Below, in pieces: positions 38,203 through 48,120 of a stretch of DNA of 64,000 bases. The notes beneath the pieces are model-generated. The model made no database searches. It had not been told where the DNA came from and saw only the letters and a list, made by a program, of their open reading frames with translations. The DNA lies in contig CACPPU010000001.1 of NCBI GenBank assembly GCA_902635945.1, forward strand, positions 299,453-363,452, read 5' to 3'. The first letter of the stretch is position 1. Every line of letters begins with the position of its first letter. The position numbers and the translations under genes were made by a program. The DNA comes from an uncultured Candidatus Actinomarina sp. (GTDB lineage Bacteria; Actinomycetota; Acidimicrobiia; Actinomarinales; Actinomarinaceae).

Positions 38203-40293
38203 CTAAACGTTATGCTGTTGACCTGAATTTATGTAATCTTGAGCAATAATTGCTGCTTTAGAAACCGCTTTTATTTCCTCCCAGGTAAAAGGGTTCTGTG
38301 ATTTATCTCTTACATAATCAAAAAAGATACTAAGTGATTCTTTGTGGCCTTTGCCTGTTGAAAATGTTTTACTTCTGTCTTGTGAGCCCTCTAGAAACCT
38401 TAACATTTTAAAATCTTCGAGTATATAAGAGTTGCCTTCTCCATGAACTTCTATTCGTTCTTTGCTCAAAATTTGATTTGCTTCAGAAAAATACTGTAGA
38501 GAGGCATGTGAACCATTTGCAAAATTAATGTTTAAGAAAACTTGGTTATCTTTAGTCATATTATTTGTTTTATCAATTGGGGCAGATGCCGAAATGCTTT
38601 GAGGAAGTGAATCAAATAAATAACAAGCTAGATCAATGCCGTGAACAGCTTCACCAACAATTCTTCCACCACCAATTTCCTTTATATTTGTCCAATGATT
38701 GCTGTCGAGGGGCGGGACACTAAATCGCAGATTTATACTGTTTGCTGGATTATTAATTAATTTTTGTTTAATAAATTGAGCTGATTTTGAAAATCGTCTG
38801 TTGAATCCAATAAATAGTTTTGGATTTTCAGATCTATAAATACTCTCCTCAATATCCGTAATTGACTGCATGTCTAAAGCTAATGGTTTTTCAACATACA
38901 CAGCTTTTCCTTTATTTAGTGCTTTTATCACTAAATCTGAATGGTTGTGGTGAGGTGTTAATATAAGAACCGCGTCAATTTCATCAGCATTTAGTATCTC
39001 TTCTTCAGTAGAGTATTTATTTTTAATTTTAAAACTTTTCGCAAGTGACTCAGCACTTAAACCCTTTGACGATGCTATCCCAAGAACTTTGCATTCTCTT
39101 TTCAGTTCTTTAAGGACAGGCATTATCGTTGTAGCTGCAAAATTTCCAGCACCCAATATTCCTACATTTACTTTTGATGTTTTTGGTTCTGGTTGTAAAT
39201 CATTTTCTATTTCAATTTTTGGTTCAGCGTCAATGTTATATCTAAGTACCACTGATAATGGTTTACTCTCATCTTCAAATTTTTCATAAACACTTGGTGC
39301 ATCTTCAAACGCTATCTCTTCAGATACTAAATCAAGCAAATGAATTTGTTTTTGTGACAAGAGTTTTGTAAATGCTTCAAAGTTTCTGTTTTCGGTCCAG
39401 CGCACATATTCAATTGGATAATCATTTCCTAACGCTTCGTACTGTTTATCGTACCTTCCAGGACCATAAGATTTTGAAACCACAAGTTCAAGTTCTTTAT
39501 AGTAAAAATCATTCCTAGAAATATTTAAAGGAATGTCACCAATAACAACAATTTTTGCTTTATTGCGAGCAATTTTTGTAGCTAATTCTATTGGTTCATT
39601 ACTGCTTGTTGCAGCGGTAATGATTACAGTATCAACATCTTTCAGTTCAACATCATCTGCAGAAGTAAAAAAATTATCTCCATATTTAGATCTTTCAGGA
39701 TCAGGATCTATTCCAATTACTTCTGAACCTTGCGCTTCAGCTAGCCTGCATACTAAATGTCCTATAACTCCGAGACCTACAACAACTACTTTTGAACCAA
39801 GGCTTGTCTCAGATAGCCTAAGACCATGCAATGCAATACTTCCTAAAACAGTGAAGGCTGCTTCTTTGATGTCTGTACTTTCATCAATTCGACTACATAG
39901 GTTTTCACTAACAACAACATATTCAGCATGGCCTCCATTAGAGACAACTTTATCTCCAACGTGGTAAGTGCTGACACCTTGTCCAACTTTGACTACTTCG
40001 CCTGCTGAACTATATCCAAGCTGAAGAGGAAGAAGGTTTTTTGGAAATACAGCATTCCAGACTGCCCCAATACCCTCTTTCTTTAACAGTTCTAATCCTT
40101 TATCAATATTTGAACTGTTTTGAAGCTTATCTGTGACAGTGGTGTTTGCTACTTCGATAGCAGCTAACTCTGTTCCTGAAGATACAACTGAATAGTGGTT
40201 TTTTATAAGTATCTCACCTGGACCGGGGTTAGGAATAGGAGTATCCCATAAAATTGGAGTGGGATTATTTTTTTCAACTACTAACTGTTTCAT
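38203..40293 (-). CDS. bi-domain oxidoreductase: N-terminal Zn-dependent alcohol dehydrogenase (MDR) fused to C-terminal Gfo/Idh/MocA oxidoreductase
   Basis: N-terminal GroES-like domain plus VVVGLGVIGH Rossmann. A second Rossmann, VGILGAGNFA, begins near aa 375 with a GFNRRF-type Gfo/Idh/MocA core. Confidence 0.75.
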   Translation of the reverse strand: MKQLVVEKNNPTPILWDTPIPNPGPGEILIKNHYSVVSSGTELAAIEVANTTVTDKLQNSSNIDKGLELLKKEGIGAVWNAVFPKNLLPLQLGYSSAGEVVKVGQGVSTYHVGDKVVSNGGHAEYVVVSENLCSRIDESTDIKEAAFTVLGSIALHGLRLSETSLGSKVVVVGLGVIGHLVCRLAEAQGSEVIGIDPDPERSKYGDNFFTSADDVELKDVDTVIITAATSSNEPIELATKIARNKAKIVVIGDIPLNISRNDFYYKELELVVSKSYGPGRYDKQYEALGNDYPIEYVRWTENRNFEAFTKLLSQKQIHLLDLVSEEIAFEDAPSVYEKFEDESKPLSVVLRYNIDAEPKIEIENDLQPEPKTSKVNVGILGAGNFAATTIMPVLKELKRECKVLGIASSKGLSAESLAKSFKIKNKYSTEEEILNADEIDAVLILTPHHNHSDLVIKALNKGKAVYVEKPLALDMQSITDIEESIYRSENPKLFIGFNRRFSKSAQFIKQKLINNPANSINLRFSVPPLDSNHWTNIKEIGGGRIVGEAVHGIDLACYLFDSLPQSISASAPIDKTNNMTKDNQVFLNINFANGSHASLQYFSEANQILSKERIEVHGEGNSYILEDFKMLRFLEGSQDRSKTFSTGKGHKESLSIFFDYVRDKSQNPFTWEEIKAVSKAAIIAQDYINSGQQHNV

Positions 40294-40314
40294 TTCTCTA
40301 CTGCTTAATAATAA

Positions 40315-40971
40315 CTAATTTACTTCAGAAATTAAGGGTGAGGTTAAATTAATGTAATCTCCATCAGTTGATTTTATCTTTAGAGATCCATCTTCGTTTA
40401 TATCTTCAGCCCATCCTCTACCTTCTGGGTATTCCACAATTTTTCCGATTGTTTGTAGTTTTTGTTTGTATTTATCTAAATCAAAATTATTTTTAGAAAG
40501 TGATGACAGCACTTCACTCGCCCATTTTTCTGCATGTAAATTGATTAATGAATCTTCCTGTTTTTTAGTAAAGACTGAACCTGCTCCAGGTATCTCTGGT
40601 TTCTCCCAAAAATAATTTATTCCCATTCCGATGCAAATATTGTTTTCAGACTTTTCAACAAGTATTCCACCTACTTTTAAATTGTTTAAAACAATATCGT
40701 TGGGCCACTTTAAGCTGAGATTTATATCTTTAAGAACTTCTGTGAATACGTAGCCCGAGAGAAGTGGAATAAGTGTGTGTTTTAGTTTTATATCCTCTTG
40801 TTTTATTGCAAGTGAACATGCCAGTGCCTGGTCAGCATTTAACCAAGTTCTATTCGATGTGCCTTTGCCTTTTTCCTGTGAGTAGCTAATAACAAGAATT
40901 GGTTCGCTTGATAATTCACTTAGTGCATATTCCTGTGTATTGTAAATGGATTCAAAAAAAAAGGTTTTCAC
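40315..40971 (-). CDS. birA: biotin--protein ligase (BirA catalytic domain only, no HTH)
   Basis: BPL/LplA/LipB fold with a GKGTSNRTW loop; adjacent to the bioY and acyl-CoA carboxylase genes. Confidence 0.65.
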   Translation of the reverse strand: MKTFFFESIYNTQEYALSELSSEPILVISYSQEKGKGTSNRTWLNADQALACSLAIKQEDIKLKHTLIPLLSGYVFTEVLKDINLSLKWPNDIVLNNLKVGGILVEKSENNICIGMGINYFWEKPEIPGAGSVFTKKQEDSLINLHAEKWASEVLSSLSKNNFDLDKYKQKLQTIGKIVEYPEGRGWAEDINEDGSLKIKSTDGDYINLTSPLISEVN

Positions 40972-41030
40972 AGTGTTACTTCTTTACATATATATAGGTC
41001 AAATACATACATTAACAATAAACAGGAAAG

Positions 41031-42524
41031 ATGGGCATGTCAGACGATAATTTAGCTGAAATTCGTGATGAAAAAGCTAAAAAGATTCAGCATCCAAAAG
41101 GGAAATTAACAGCTTACGAAAGGCTGAATTTACTATTGGATGAAGGCTCTTTTAGTGAAATAGACCAACATGTTACTTCTGAAGAAAATCCTGATGGTGA
41201 AGCAGTTGTAACTGGTACTGGCACAATTCATGGACGTCCAGTGTTTGTATTTAGCGAAGACTTTTCTGTCATGGGAGGAAGTCTTGGTGAAGTTGTGGCT
41301 AAAAAAATCCTAAAAGTTATGGATCATGCACTAGAAGCTAGAGCGCCAATTATTGGAATAAAAGACTCTGGTGGTGCAAGAATTCAGGAAGGTATCTCTT
41401 CTTTGTATGGTTATGCTCAAATTTTTAAGAAGAATGTTGAAGCTTCTGGGAAAATTCCACAAATATCTGTTGTGGTTGGCCCTTCTGCTGGTGGAGCAGT
41501 TTACAGCCCAGCACTGACTGATTTTATTTTTCAAGTACAAGATATAGGACAGCTATATGTAACAGGACCTGCGGTTGTTAAAACTGTTACTGGAGAAGAG
41601 GTGTCCTATGAAGAATTAGGTGGAGTAGAAGCACACGGTACTAAATCGGGTGTGTCTCATCAAATTTGTGAATCTGAAGAACAAGCATTTGAAGAAATTC
41701 GATATCTTATGAGCTTTCTTCCACAGTCTTCATCTCAAAAACCTCCTGCATTCATTACAGAAGATGAATCTTCTAGAACAATAGAATCTTTAGATAGTTT
41801 TATTCCGGAAAATAGAAATCAACCATATGATATGACAAAAATAATTTCAGATATTTCAGATGATGGAGAGCACTATCCTATTCAAAGTAACTATGCGCTC
41901 AACATTATTACAACTTTTGCAAGAGTAAATGGAAATACCATTGGAATAGTAGCTAACCAGCCAATGGAGCTTGCAGGAGTTTTGGACATCAAGGCTTCAG
42001 AAAAAGCAGCAAGGTTTGTGAGATTTTGTGATGCATTCAATATACCTATTCTTACTTTGGTTGATGTTCCTGGATTTTTACCTGGAGTTGAGCAAGAACA
42101 CGGTGGAATTATAAGAAGTGGTGCAAAACTATTATACGCTTACTCGGAAGCAACAGTTCCAAGGGTATGTGTGGTTATAAGAAAAGCATATGGGGGAGCT
42201 TATATCGTTATGGATTCAATAGGGCTTGGTGCGGATAAATTATTTGCGTGGCCAAGCGGAGAAATTGCAGTCATGGGCGCTGAAGGAGCAGTTGACATAA
42301 TACACAGAAGAGAATTAGCAGCGGCAGACAATAAAGAAGAGCTCAAGTCAAAGTTAGTCGCAGAGTACAATGATAAATTTAGTAATCCTGATATTGCTGC
42401 ACAATTAGGCTTAATTGACAATATTATAAAACCAAGTGAGACAAGAAAAGTAGTTATTGACTCATTTAAAGACTTAGTAAATAAAGGAGAGTTAGGAGAT
42501 AAACATGGAAACATACCCCTCTAA
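41031..42524 (+). CDS. accD: acyl-CoA (propionyl/acetyl-CoA) carboxylase carboxyltransferase beta subunit
   Basis: Two crotonase-fold carboxyltransferase halves; 497 aa. Confidence 0.9.
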   Translation: MGMSDDNLAEIRDEKAKKIQHPKGKLTAYERLNLLLDEGSFSEIDQHVTSEENPDGEAVVTGTGTIHGRPVFVFSEDFSVMGGSLGEVVAKKILKVMDHALEARAPIIGIKDSGGARIQEGISSLYGYAQIFKKNVEASGKIPQISVVVGPSAGGAVYSPALTDFIFQVQDIGQLYVTGPAVVKTVTGEEVSYEELGGVEAHGTKSGVSHQICESEEQAFEEIRYLMSFLPQSSSQKPPAFITEDESSRTIESLDSFIPENRNQPYDMTKIISDISDDGEHYPIQSNYALNIITTFARVNGNTIGIVANQPMELAGVLDIKASEKAARFVRFCDAFNIPILTLVDVPGFLPGVEQEHGGIIRSGAKLLYAYSEATVPRVCVVIRKAYGGAYIVMDSIGLGADKLFAWPSGEIAVMGAEGAVDIIHRRELAAADNKEELKSKLVAEYNDKFSNPDIAAQLGLIDNIIKPSETRKVVIDSFKDLVNKGELGDKHGNIPL

Positions 42525-43044
42525 AAATATTGCTATTACATGGGTAGAAAAAGGTAGTGTTGCAAGAAATTTATTCTTATCCTTAGGTTTTGCAATATTA
42601 ACTGCACTTAGTGCTCAAATACGAATTGTTATTCCAATCTCGCCTGTTCCTATAACTGGTCAGACATTTGTTGTGCTTTTATCAGGATTAATATTGGGTG
42701 GCACTTTTGGAGCAATCAGTATGTTAATGTATCTATTTATTGGTATGTCTGGTCTTCCTTTTTTCTCAGCGGGAGTTGCTGGTCTTGCAATTTTAAAAAG
42801 CCCAACAATAGGATATATAATTGGATTTTTTCTAGCAGCCTATGTAATAGGTGCTTTTGCAGCTAAACCTGTACTGGCTATTCTGCTTGGTTCATTAACT
42901 ATATATATTGCTGGTGTTTCTGGATTGATGATAATTTTAAATACTTCATTTTCTAATGCTCTTGCAATTGGAGTTGTTCCGTTTTTGATAGGAGATGCTA
43001 TTAAGTCTATTTTGGCAATGGGCTTGGCTTTTAAATTAAAGTAA
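42505..43044 (+). CDS. bioY: biotin transporter BioY (ECF S-component)
   Basis: 179-aa six-TM BioY-family protein. It overlaps the accD 3' end by 20 nt. Confidence 0.8.
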   Translation: METYPSKNIAITWVEKGSVARNLFLSLGFAILTALSAQIRIVIPISPVPITGQTFVVLLSGLILGGTFGAISMLMYLFIGMSGLPFFSAGVAGLAILKSPTIGYIIGFFLAAYVIGAFAAKPVLAILLGSLTIYIAGVSGLMIILNTSFSNALAIGVVPFLIGDAIKSILAMGLAFKLK

Positions 43045-43046
43045 AT

Positions 43047-44744
43047 ATGACTCAAAAAAGAATCCTAATCGCAAACAGAGGTGAAATAGCGCTTCGAATT
43101 ATTAGATCTGCCAAAGAAATGGATTTATATACTATTGCTGTTTACTCGGATGCAGATGAAGATGCTTTACATACTAAACGAGCTGATGAATCTTATTATC
43201 TTGGAGGGTCTTTACCTGCTGAAAGCTACAGGAATTTAAAAAAATTAGTCAAAGCTGCTGAAGAAACAAATGCAGACTTAGTTCATCCAGGATATGGCTT
43301 TCTCGCAGAAAACGCTGATTTTGCAAAAGCTATAGAAAAAAAAGGCATTACTTGGGTAGGACCTAAACCTGAAACAATTAAATCTATGGGTGACAAAATT
43401 GAATCAAGAAAATTAGTCTCAAAAATTGGACTTAATCCTGTACCGGGTCAGCTAAAACCTTCAAGGTTTCAAAGAGACGCAGTAAAGGATGCTGAAAGTT
43501 TTGGATATCCTGTTGCATTAAAAGCTGCGCATGGTGGCGGAGGAAAAGGATTAAGGATTGTTCACAACGAAAAAGAGCTTCTTGAAAATTTTGATATTGT
43601 GAAGCGAGAAAGTGAAGCTTATTTTGGTTCTGATCAAATCTATGTAGAAAAATTTATAAAACCAGCAAGACACGTTGAAACTCAAATTCTTGCTGACAAG
43701 TATGGCAATGTTTTGTATTTAGGTGAAAGAGATTGCTCTTTACAAAGAAGGAATCAAAAGTTAATTGAGGAAAGCCCCCCTGAGTGGCTATCTGAATACG
43801 GAAGAGAAAAATTAAAAGAGTTTACACTTAAAATCGCATCTAACTCAGATTATGTAAATGCTGGAACTGTAGAGTTCCTTGCTGATAGTGACGAAAACTT
43901 TTACTTCCTTGAAATGAATACTCGATTACAAGTAGAACATACAGTAACGGAAATGAGATATGGTCTTGACCTTGTAAAAGAACAAATAAAAATTGCGCTA
44001 GGAAACTCTATTGAGGATTATGAGCTTGATCCTAGAGGACACAGTATAGAGTTTAGAATTAATGCAGAAGACCCAAATAACAACTTTCTACCAACTCCTG
44101 GAACAATAACTGAGTATAGAGAACCAACTGGTAATGGTGTACGTATTGATGGGTGGGCAAGAACGGGTACTCAAATTACTCACTATTATGACAATCTAAT
44201 TTCAAAATTAATCGTATGGGGTGTTTCGAGGGAAGAGGCAAGATCCAAAGGGATCAGGTGCCTTGAAGAATATATTATCGGAGGTATCCCTACGACTATA
44301 AATTTATTAATAGATATTTTAAAAACTAAAGAATTCGTCAACAGTCAGATACATGTAAAGTTTTTAGAGGAAAACTTCGAAATACGTGAAATTGAAGAAG
44401 ATGAAGTTACTTCTGATAGACCAAGCAAGGTAAAAATTTCATTGGACGACACAACTAATCCAACTCTTGCTCCACAACGTCCTAAAAAAGTAGGTATGGA
44501 CCTTACAGGAAATATAAAAAATCCAGGAATAATTTTTGCAGAAATGCAAGGAACAATAATGGATACTATGACTAAGCAAGGTAAAAAAGTAAAAAAAGGT
44601 GACTCATTATTTGTTCTTGAAGCAATGAAAATGGAAAATGTTATTACAGCTCCAATTGATGGTGTAATAAAAAAATTTAATATTGAAAAAGGACAGCCTG
44701 TTAAAAAAGGTGATTTGTTAATCGAGATTGAAGCTAAGTTCTAA
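43047..44744 (+). CDS. accA: acyl-CoA carboxylase alpha subunit (biotin carboxylase fused to a biotin carboxyl carrier domain)
   Basis: ATP-grasp biotin carboxylase region plus a C-terminal EAMKMEN biotinyl-lysine motif. Confidence 0.9.
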   Translation: MTQKRILIANRGEIALRIIRSAKEMDLYTIAVYSDADEDALHTKRADESYYLGGSLPAESYRNLKKLVKAAEETNADLVHPGYGFLAENADFAKAIEKKGITWVGPKPETIKSMGDKIESRKLVSKIGLNPVPGQLKPSRFQRDAVKDAESFGYPVALKAAHGGGGKGLRIVHNEKELLENFDIVKRESEAYFGSDQIYVEKFIKPARHVETQILADKYGNVLYLGERDCSLQRRNQKLIEESPPEWLSEYGREKLKEFTLKIASNSDYVNAGTVEFLADSDENFYFLEMNTRLQVEHTVTEMRYGLDLVKEQIKIALGNSIEDYELDPRGHSIEFRINAEDPNNNFLPTPGTITEYREPTGNGVRIDGWARTGTQITHYYDNLISKLIVWGVSREEARSKGIRCLEEYIIGGIPTTINLLIDILKTKEFVNSQIHVKFLEENFEIREIEEDEVTSDRPSKVKISLDDTTNPTLAPQRPKKVGMDLTGNIKNPGIIFAEMQGTIMDTMTKQGKKVKKGDSLFVLEAMKMENVITAPIDGVIKKFNIEKGQPVKKGDLLIEIEAKF

Positions 44745-45118
44745 TGATTTACGGTATAGGCGTTGACCAAGTCGATCTAAATAGAGTAAGAAAGCTTTTA
44801 AATAAGTCTCAATCAAAATTTGAAAAAAGATGCTTTACGCAGAATGAAATTATTTATGCAAATCGATTCAATGATCCTGCTAAAAGACTAGGTGCCAGGT
44901 TTGCTGCAAAAGAAGCTGTCATGAAATCTTTAGGTAAAGGTTGGAGGCAGTTAGGTTGGAAAGATATTGAAATTAGTGGTGGAGGCAAACCAGAAGTTCA
45001 TTTATATGGAAAAGCAAAAGAATTAGCAAAAGAACTTAATATTGGAACTGTACATGTATCTCTGTCTCACGAAGAAGATAAAGCAATAGCATTTACCATT
45101 TCAGAAATAGATAAATGA
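44744..45118 (+). CDS. acpS: holo-[acyl-carrier-protein] synthase
   Basis: 124 aa with N-terminal MIYGIGVDQVD and 4'-phosphopantetheinyl transferase motifs. Confidence 0.8.
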   Translation: MIYGIGVDQVDLNRVRKLLNKSQSKFEKRCFTQNEIIYANRFNDPAKRLGARFAAKEAVMKSLGKGWRQLGWKDIEISGGGKPEVHLYGKAKELAKELNIGTVHVSLSHEEDKAIAFTISEIDK

Positions 45119-46026
45119 ACTGGGTAGCAATGTTTCCGGGACAGGGCTCCCAGCAAGTAGGAATGGGCGAAGAATTACTTGATTTATATCCAGATCTTTT
45201 AATTGAGGAGTTTGAAGAAACTTTGGGTTGGTCTTTGAAAGAGACTATTTTACATAGTGATCAAACCGAGATTACAAAAACAAATATTGCTCAACCTTAT
45301 ATATTTGCAATTTCCTACTGTTACGGATTGGAAGCTTTCAAAAAACTAGGCCTACCAAAAGTTGGTATAGGCCATTCACTAGGTGAATATACTGCATTAG
45401 CACTAGCTGAATTCATAAGCTACAGTGATGCATTAAAAATTATTTCTGTGAGAGGTGTTTCTATGCAGAAAGCCGTTGAAAACTCCAATTCAACAATGGC
45501 TGCCGTTTTAACGTCAGACCTTAAACAAACAATAGATGCAGTTGAAGCACTTAACAATCAAGGTGTTTCAATCAATATATCTAACTTTAACGATGGTACA
45601 CAAATTGTTATTGGTGGATTGAAAGATGACATAGATTACTTAAGATCAAACCCAATTGATTTGGGTGCAAAAAGAGTGATACCCCTTGATGTTGCTGGTG
45701 CTTTTCATTCAAAATTTGTTTCTCCTGCAAAACAAGAAGTTCAAAGCATAATCGAGACAGTTGATTTTTCAGAAGGTAAGTTTGATGTTTATATGAATGT
45801 AGATGCAAACATAGCTGACCTTACAACAATAAAACAGAGGCTTATTGATCAAATTGACAACAGCGTGCTATTTTATGACCAAATATTGAATATCGAAAAT
45901 ATTGTGAATCCGGAAAAGTGGTATCATATCGGACCTGGAAATGTAACTGCTGGGATGGTAAAAAAGTCTATATCTAGTAAGGGTATTGAAATTATTAATT
46001 CATTAGACTCTTTGAATACTATTTAA
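45115..46026 (+). CDS. fabD: malonyl CoA-ACP transacylase
   Basis: GHSLGEY active-site motif. Confidence 0.9.
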   Translation: MNWVAMFPGQGSQQVGMGEELLDLYPDLLIEEFEETLGWSLKETILHSDQTEITKTNIAQPYIFAISYCYGLEAFKKLGLPKVGIGHSLGEYTALALAEFISYSDALKIISVRGVSMQKAVENSNSTMAAVLTSDLKQTIDAVEALNNQGVSINISNFNDGTQIVIGGLKDDIDYLRSNPIDLGAKRVIPLDVAGAFHSKFVSPAKQEVQSIIETVDFSEGKFDVYMNVDANIADLTTIKQRLIDQIDNSVLFYDQILNIENIVNPEKWYHIGPGNVTAGMVKKSISSKGIEIINSLDSLNTI

Positions 46027-46039
46027 ATAGGGAGATTTT

Positions 46040-47134
46040 GTGAAGTCGACTATAACTGGTTGGGGCAAATGTGCACCAGACAACATAATGACAAATGATG
46101 ATTTAGCTGTTTTTGTTGATACCTCAGATGAATGGATTCAGCAGAGAACTGGAATTCAGGAAAGAAGATTTTGCCATGTTAACAACTCAGATATGGCTGC
46201 TGTTGCAGGACAACATGCAATTGCCTGTGCAGGCTTAACACCAGAAGATATAGACGTAGTTATTCTTGCTACATGTACTCCTGACAGTATTGTCCCATCA
46301 GCTGCAGCTCATGTTCAAAGAAAACTTGGTGCTGTTAATGCATCTGTATATGACATTAATGCTGCATGTGCAGGTTTTGTATATGCATTAGAGCAAGGAA
46401 AAGCTTTTATAGAAAGCGGGCTTTACAAGAGAGCTTTAGTTATTGGCTCTGAACACATTACCTGGTTACTTGATTGGTCAGATAGAAACACAGCAGTTCT
46501 ATTTGGAGATGGAGCTGGAGCAGTTGTTGTTGAAGAAAGTAAATCCCCTGAAGATGGTGAAATATTTTCTTTCGTCAATGGATTAAGTTCAGATAAGTTA
46601 GATATTTTAGAGGTTCCGAACTTTGGTTCAGCAATGGATAGGTTTAAAAAAGATGAAGCAGCAAGAGTTACATGGACGTTTGATGGACAAGAGATTTTTA
46701 AAGGTGGAATCAGAGCGATGTCCACAGCGTCTGATGAAGTGATTACGAAATCTGGATTAACAAAAGAAGATATAGACCTCTTGATTCCCCATCAAGCTAA
46801 TTTAAGAATAGTTGAGGGGTTAGAGAAAATGTTAAGTCTTCCAAATGCTACCACGATTAAAAAAGTTCATAAATATGGCAACACCTCTGCGGCCTCAATT
46901 CCAACTGCCTTAGTCGATGCGTTAGAAGAAGGTGAAATTAAAGGTGGAGAAGTTGCTATTTTTACAGCTGTGGGTGCAGGTCTTTCATGGGGTGCATGTG
47001 CCCTACGTTTAGGAGAGAGAACAACACCTATAAACACTTCCAATGCAAAACTTCCTGATTTTGATGGAAAGGCAGTTGATACGATAAGAAGAGCAATTGA
47101 GTATCAAATACCTGATAAATTAGATCTTATATGA
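46040..47134 (+). CDS. fabH: 3-oxoacyl-ACP synthase III
   Basis: GTG start; the Cys-His-Asn triad region includes AACAGF. Confidence 0.85.
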   Translation: MKSTITGWGKCAPDNIMTNDDLAVFVDTSDEWIQQRTGIQERRFCHVNNSDMAAVAGQHAIACAGLTPEDIDVVILATCTPDSIVPSAAAHVQRKLGAVNASVYDINAACAGFVYALEQGKAFIESGLYKRALVIGSEHITWLLDWSDRNTAVLFGDGAGAVVVEESKSPEDGEIFSFVNGLSSDKLDILEVPNFGSAMDRFKKDEAARVTWTFDGQEIFKGGIRAMSTASDEVITKSGLTKEDIDLLIPHQANLRIVEGLEKMLSLPNATTIKKVHKYGNTSAASIPTALVDALEEGEIKGGEVAIFTAVGAGLSWGACALRLGERTTPINTSNAKLPDFDGKAVDTIRRAIEYQIPDKLDLI

Positions 47135-47859
47135 AAACAGCATTAATTACTGGAGGCTCTAGGGGCATAGGAAGTGCTATTGCATTAGAGCTTGGAAAAA
47201 ATTTTCATGTTGTAGTTGGATATGCTACTTCAGAAGACAAAGCCAATGATGTTGTTAAAGAAATTGTTGCTGCTGGTGGAAGTGCAAGTACAGTTCAAAT
47301 CGATATATCAAATGCTGAATCTGTAGATACTGCATTTTCAACAGTAGAAAAAGAATACAACTCTGTAGAAGTCTTGATCAATAATGCAGGAATTACACAA
47401 GACAATATATTACCAAGAATGAAAGAAGCTGAATGGCTTGAAGTAATTCAAACTAATCTAACAGGAAGTTTCTATACATCGCAAAGAGCTATCAAGCTTA
47501 TGATGAAAAACAAATGGGGAAGAATTATATTTATATCATCTGTAGTTGGATTATCAGGCAACCAAGGTCAGGCAAACTATGCTGCATCAAAGGCTGGATT
47601 AATAGGGTTGGCAAAATCAATTAGTAAAGAAATGGGTTCTAGAAATATTACATCTAACGTAGTTGCTCCAGGATATATTGAAACAGACATGACCTCTTTT
47701 TTAGATGATGAAAATAAAGAAAATATTATAGAACAACTATCAATTAAACGCATCGGTAAACCAGAAGATATTTCAAATGTAGTATCTTTTTTATGTAGCG
47801 AAGAGTCAGAATATATAACAGGACAAGTTATACCAGTTGATGGTGGTTTAACAACGTAA
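47131..47859 (+). CDS. fabG: 3-oxoacyl-ACP reductase
   Basis: SDR with TGGSRGIG and the catalytic YAASKAG motif. Confidence 0.9.
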   Translation: MKTALITGGSRGIGSAIALELGKNFHVVVGYATSEDKANDVVKEIVAAGGSASTVQIDISNAESVDTAFSTVEKEYNSVEVLINNAGITQDNILPRMKEAEWLEVIQTNLTGSFYTSQRAIKLMMKNKWGRIIFISSVVGLSGNQGQANYAASKAGLIGLAKSISKEMGSRNITSNVVAPGYIETDMTSFLDDENKENIIEQLSIKRIGKPEDISNVVSFLCSEESEYITGQVIPVDGGLTT

Positions 47860-47872
47860 TTAGGGAGTAATT

Positions 47873-48112
47873 ATGGAAGCAAATGAAGTTTTTGAAAAAG
47901 TAAAAGGTCTTTTTGTAGAAGACCTTGGTATTGATGAATCAAAAGTAACAATGGATGCAAAGTTGGAAGAGGATTTGGAAATTGATTCATTAGGAATAGT
48001 TGAAGTTGTTATGGCCTTTGAAGATGAATTTGATATTGAAATTGATGATGAAGAACTTGCTGATGTATCAACAGTTGGCCAAGCTGTAAATCTACTTCAT
48101 TCAAAAATATAA
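47873..48112 (+). CDS. acpP: acyl carrier protein
   Basis: 79 aa with the phosphopantetheine attachment site DSLGIVEVVMAFE. Confidence 0.9.
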   Translation: MEANEVFEKVKGLFVEDLGIDESKVTMDAKLEEDLEIDSLGIVEVVMAFEDEFDIEIDDEELADVSTVGQAVNLLHSKI

Positions 48113-48120
48113 TTCGAATC

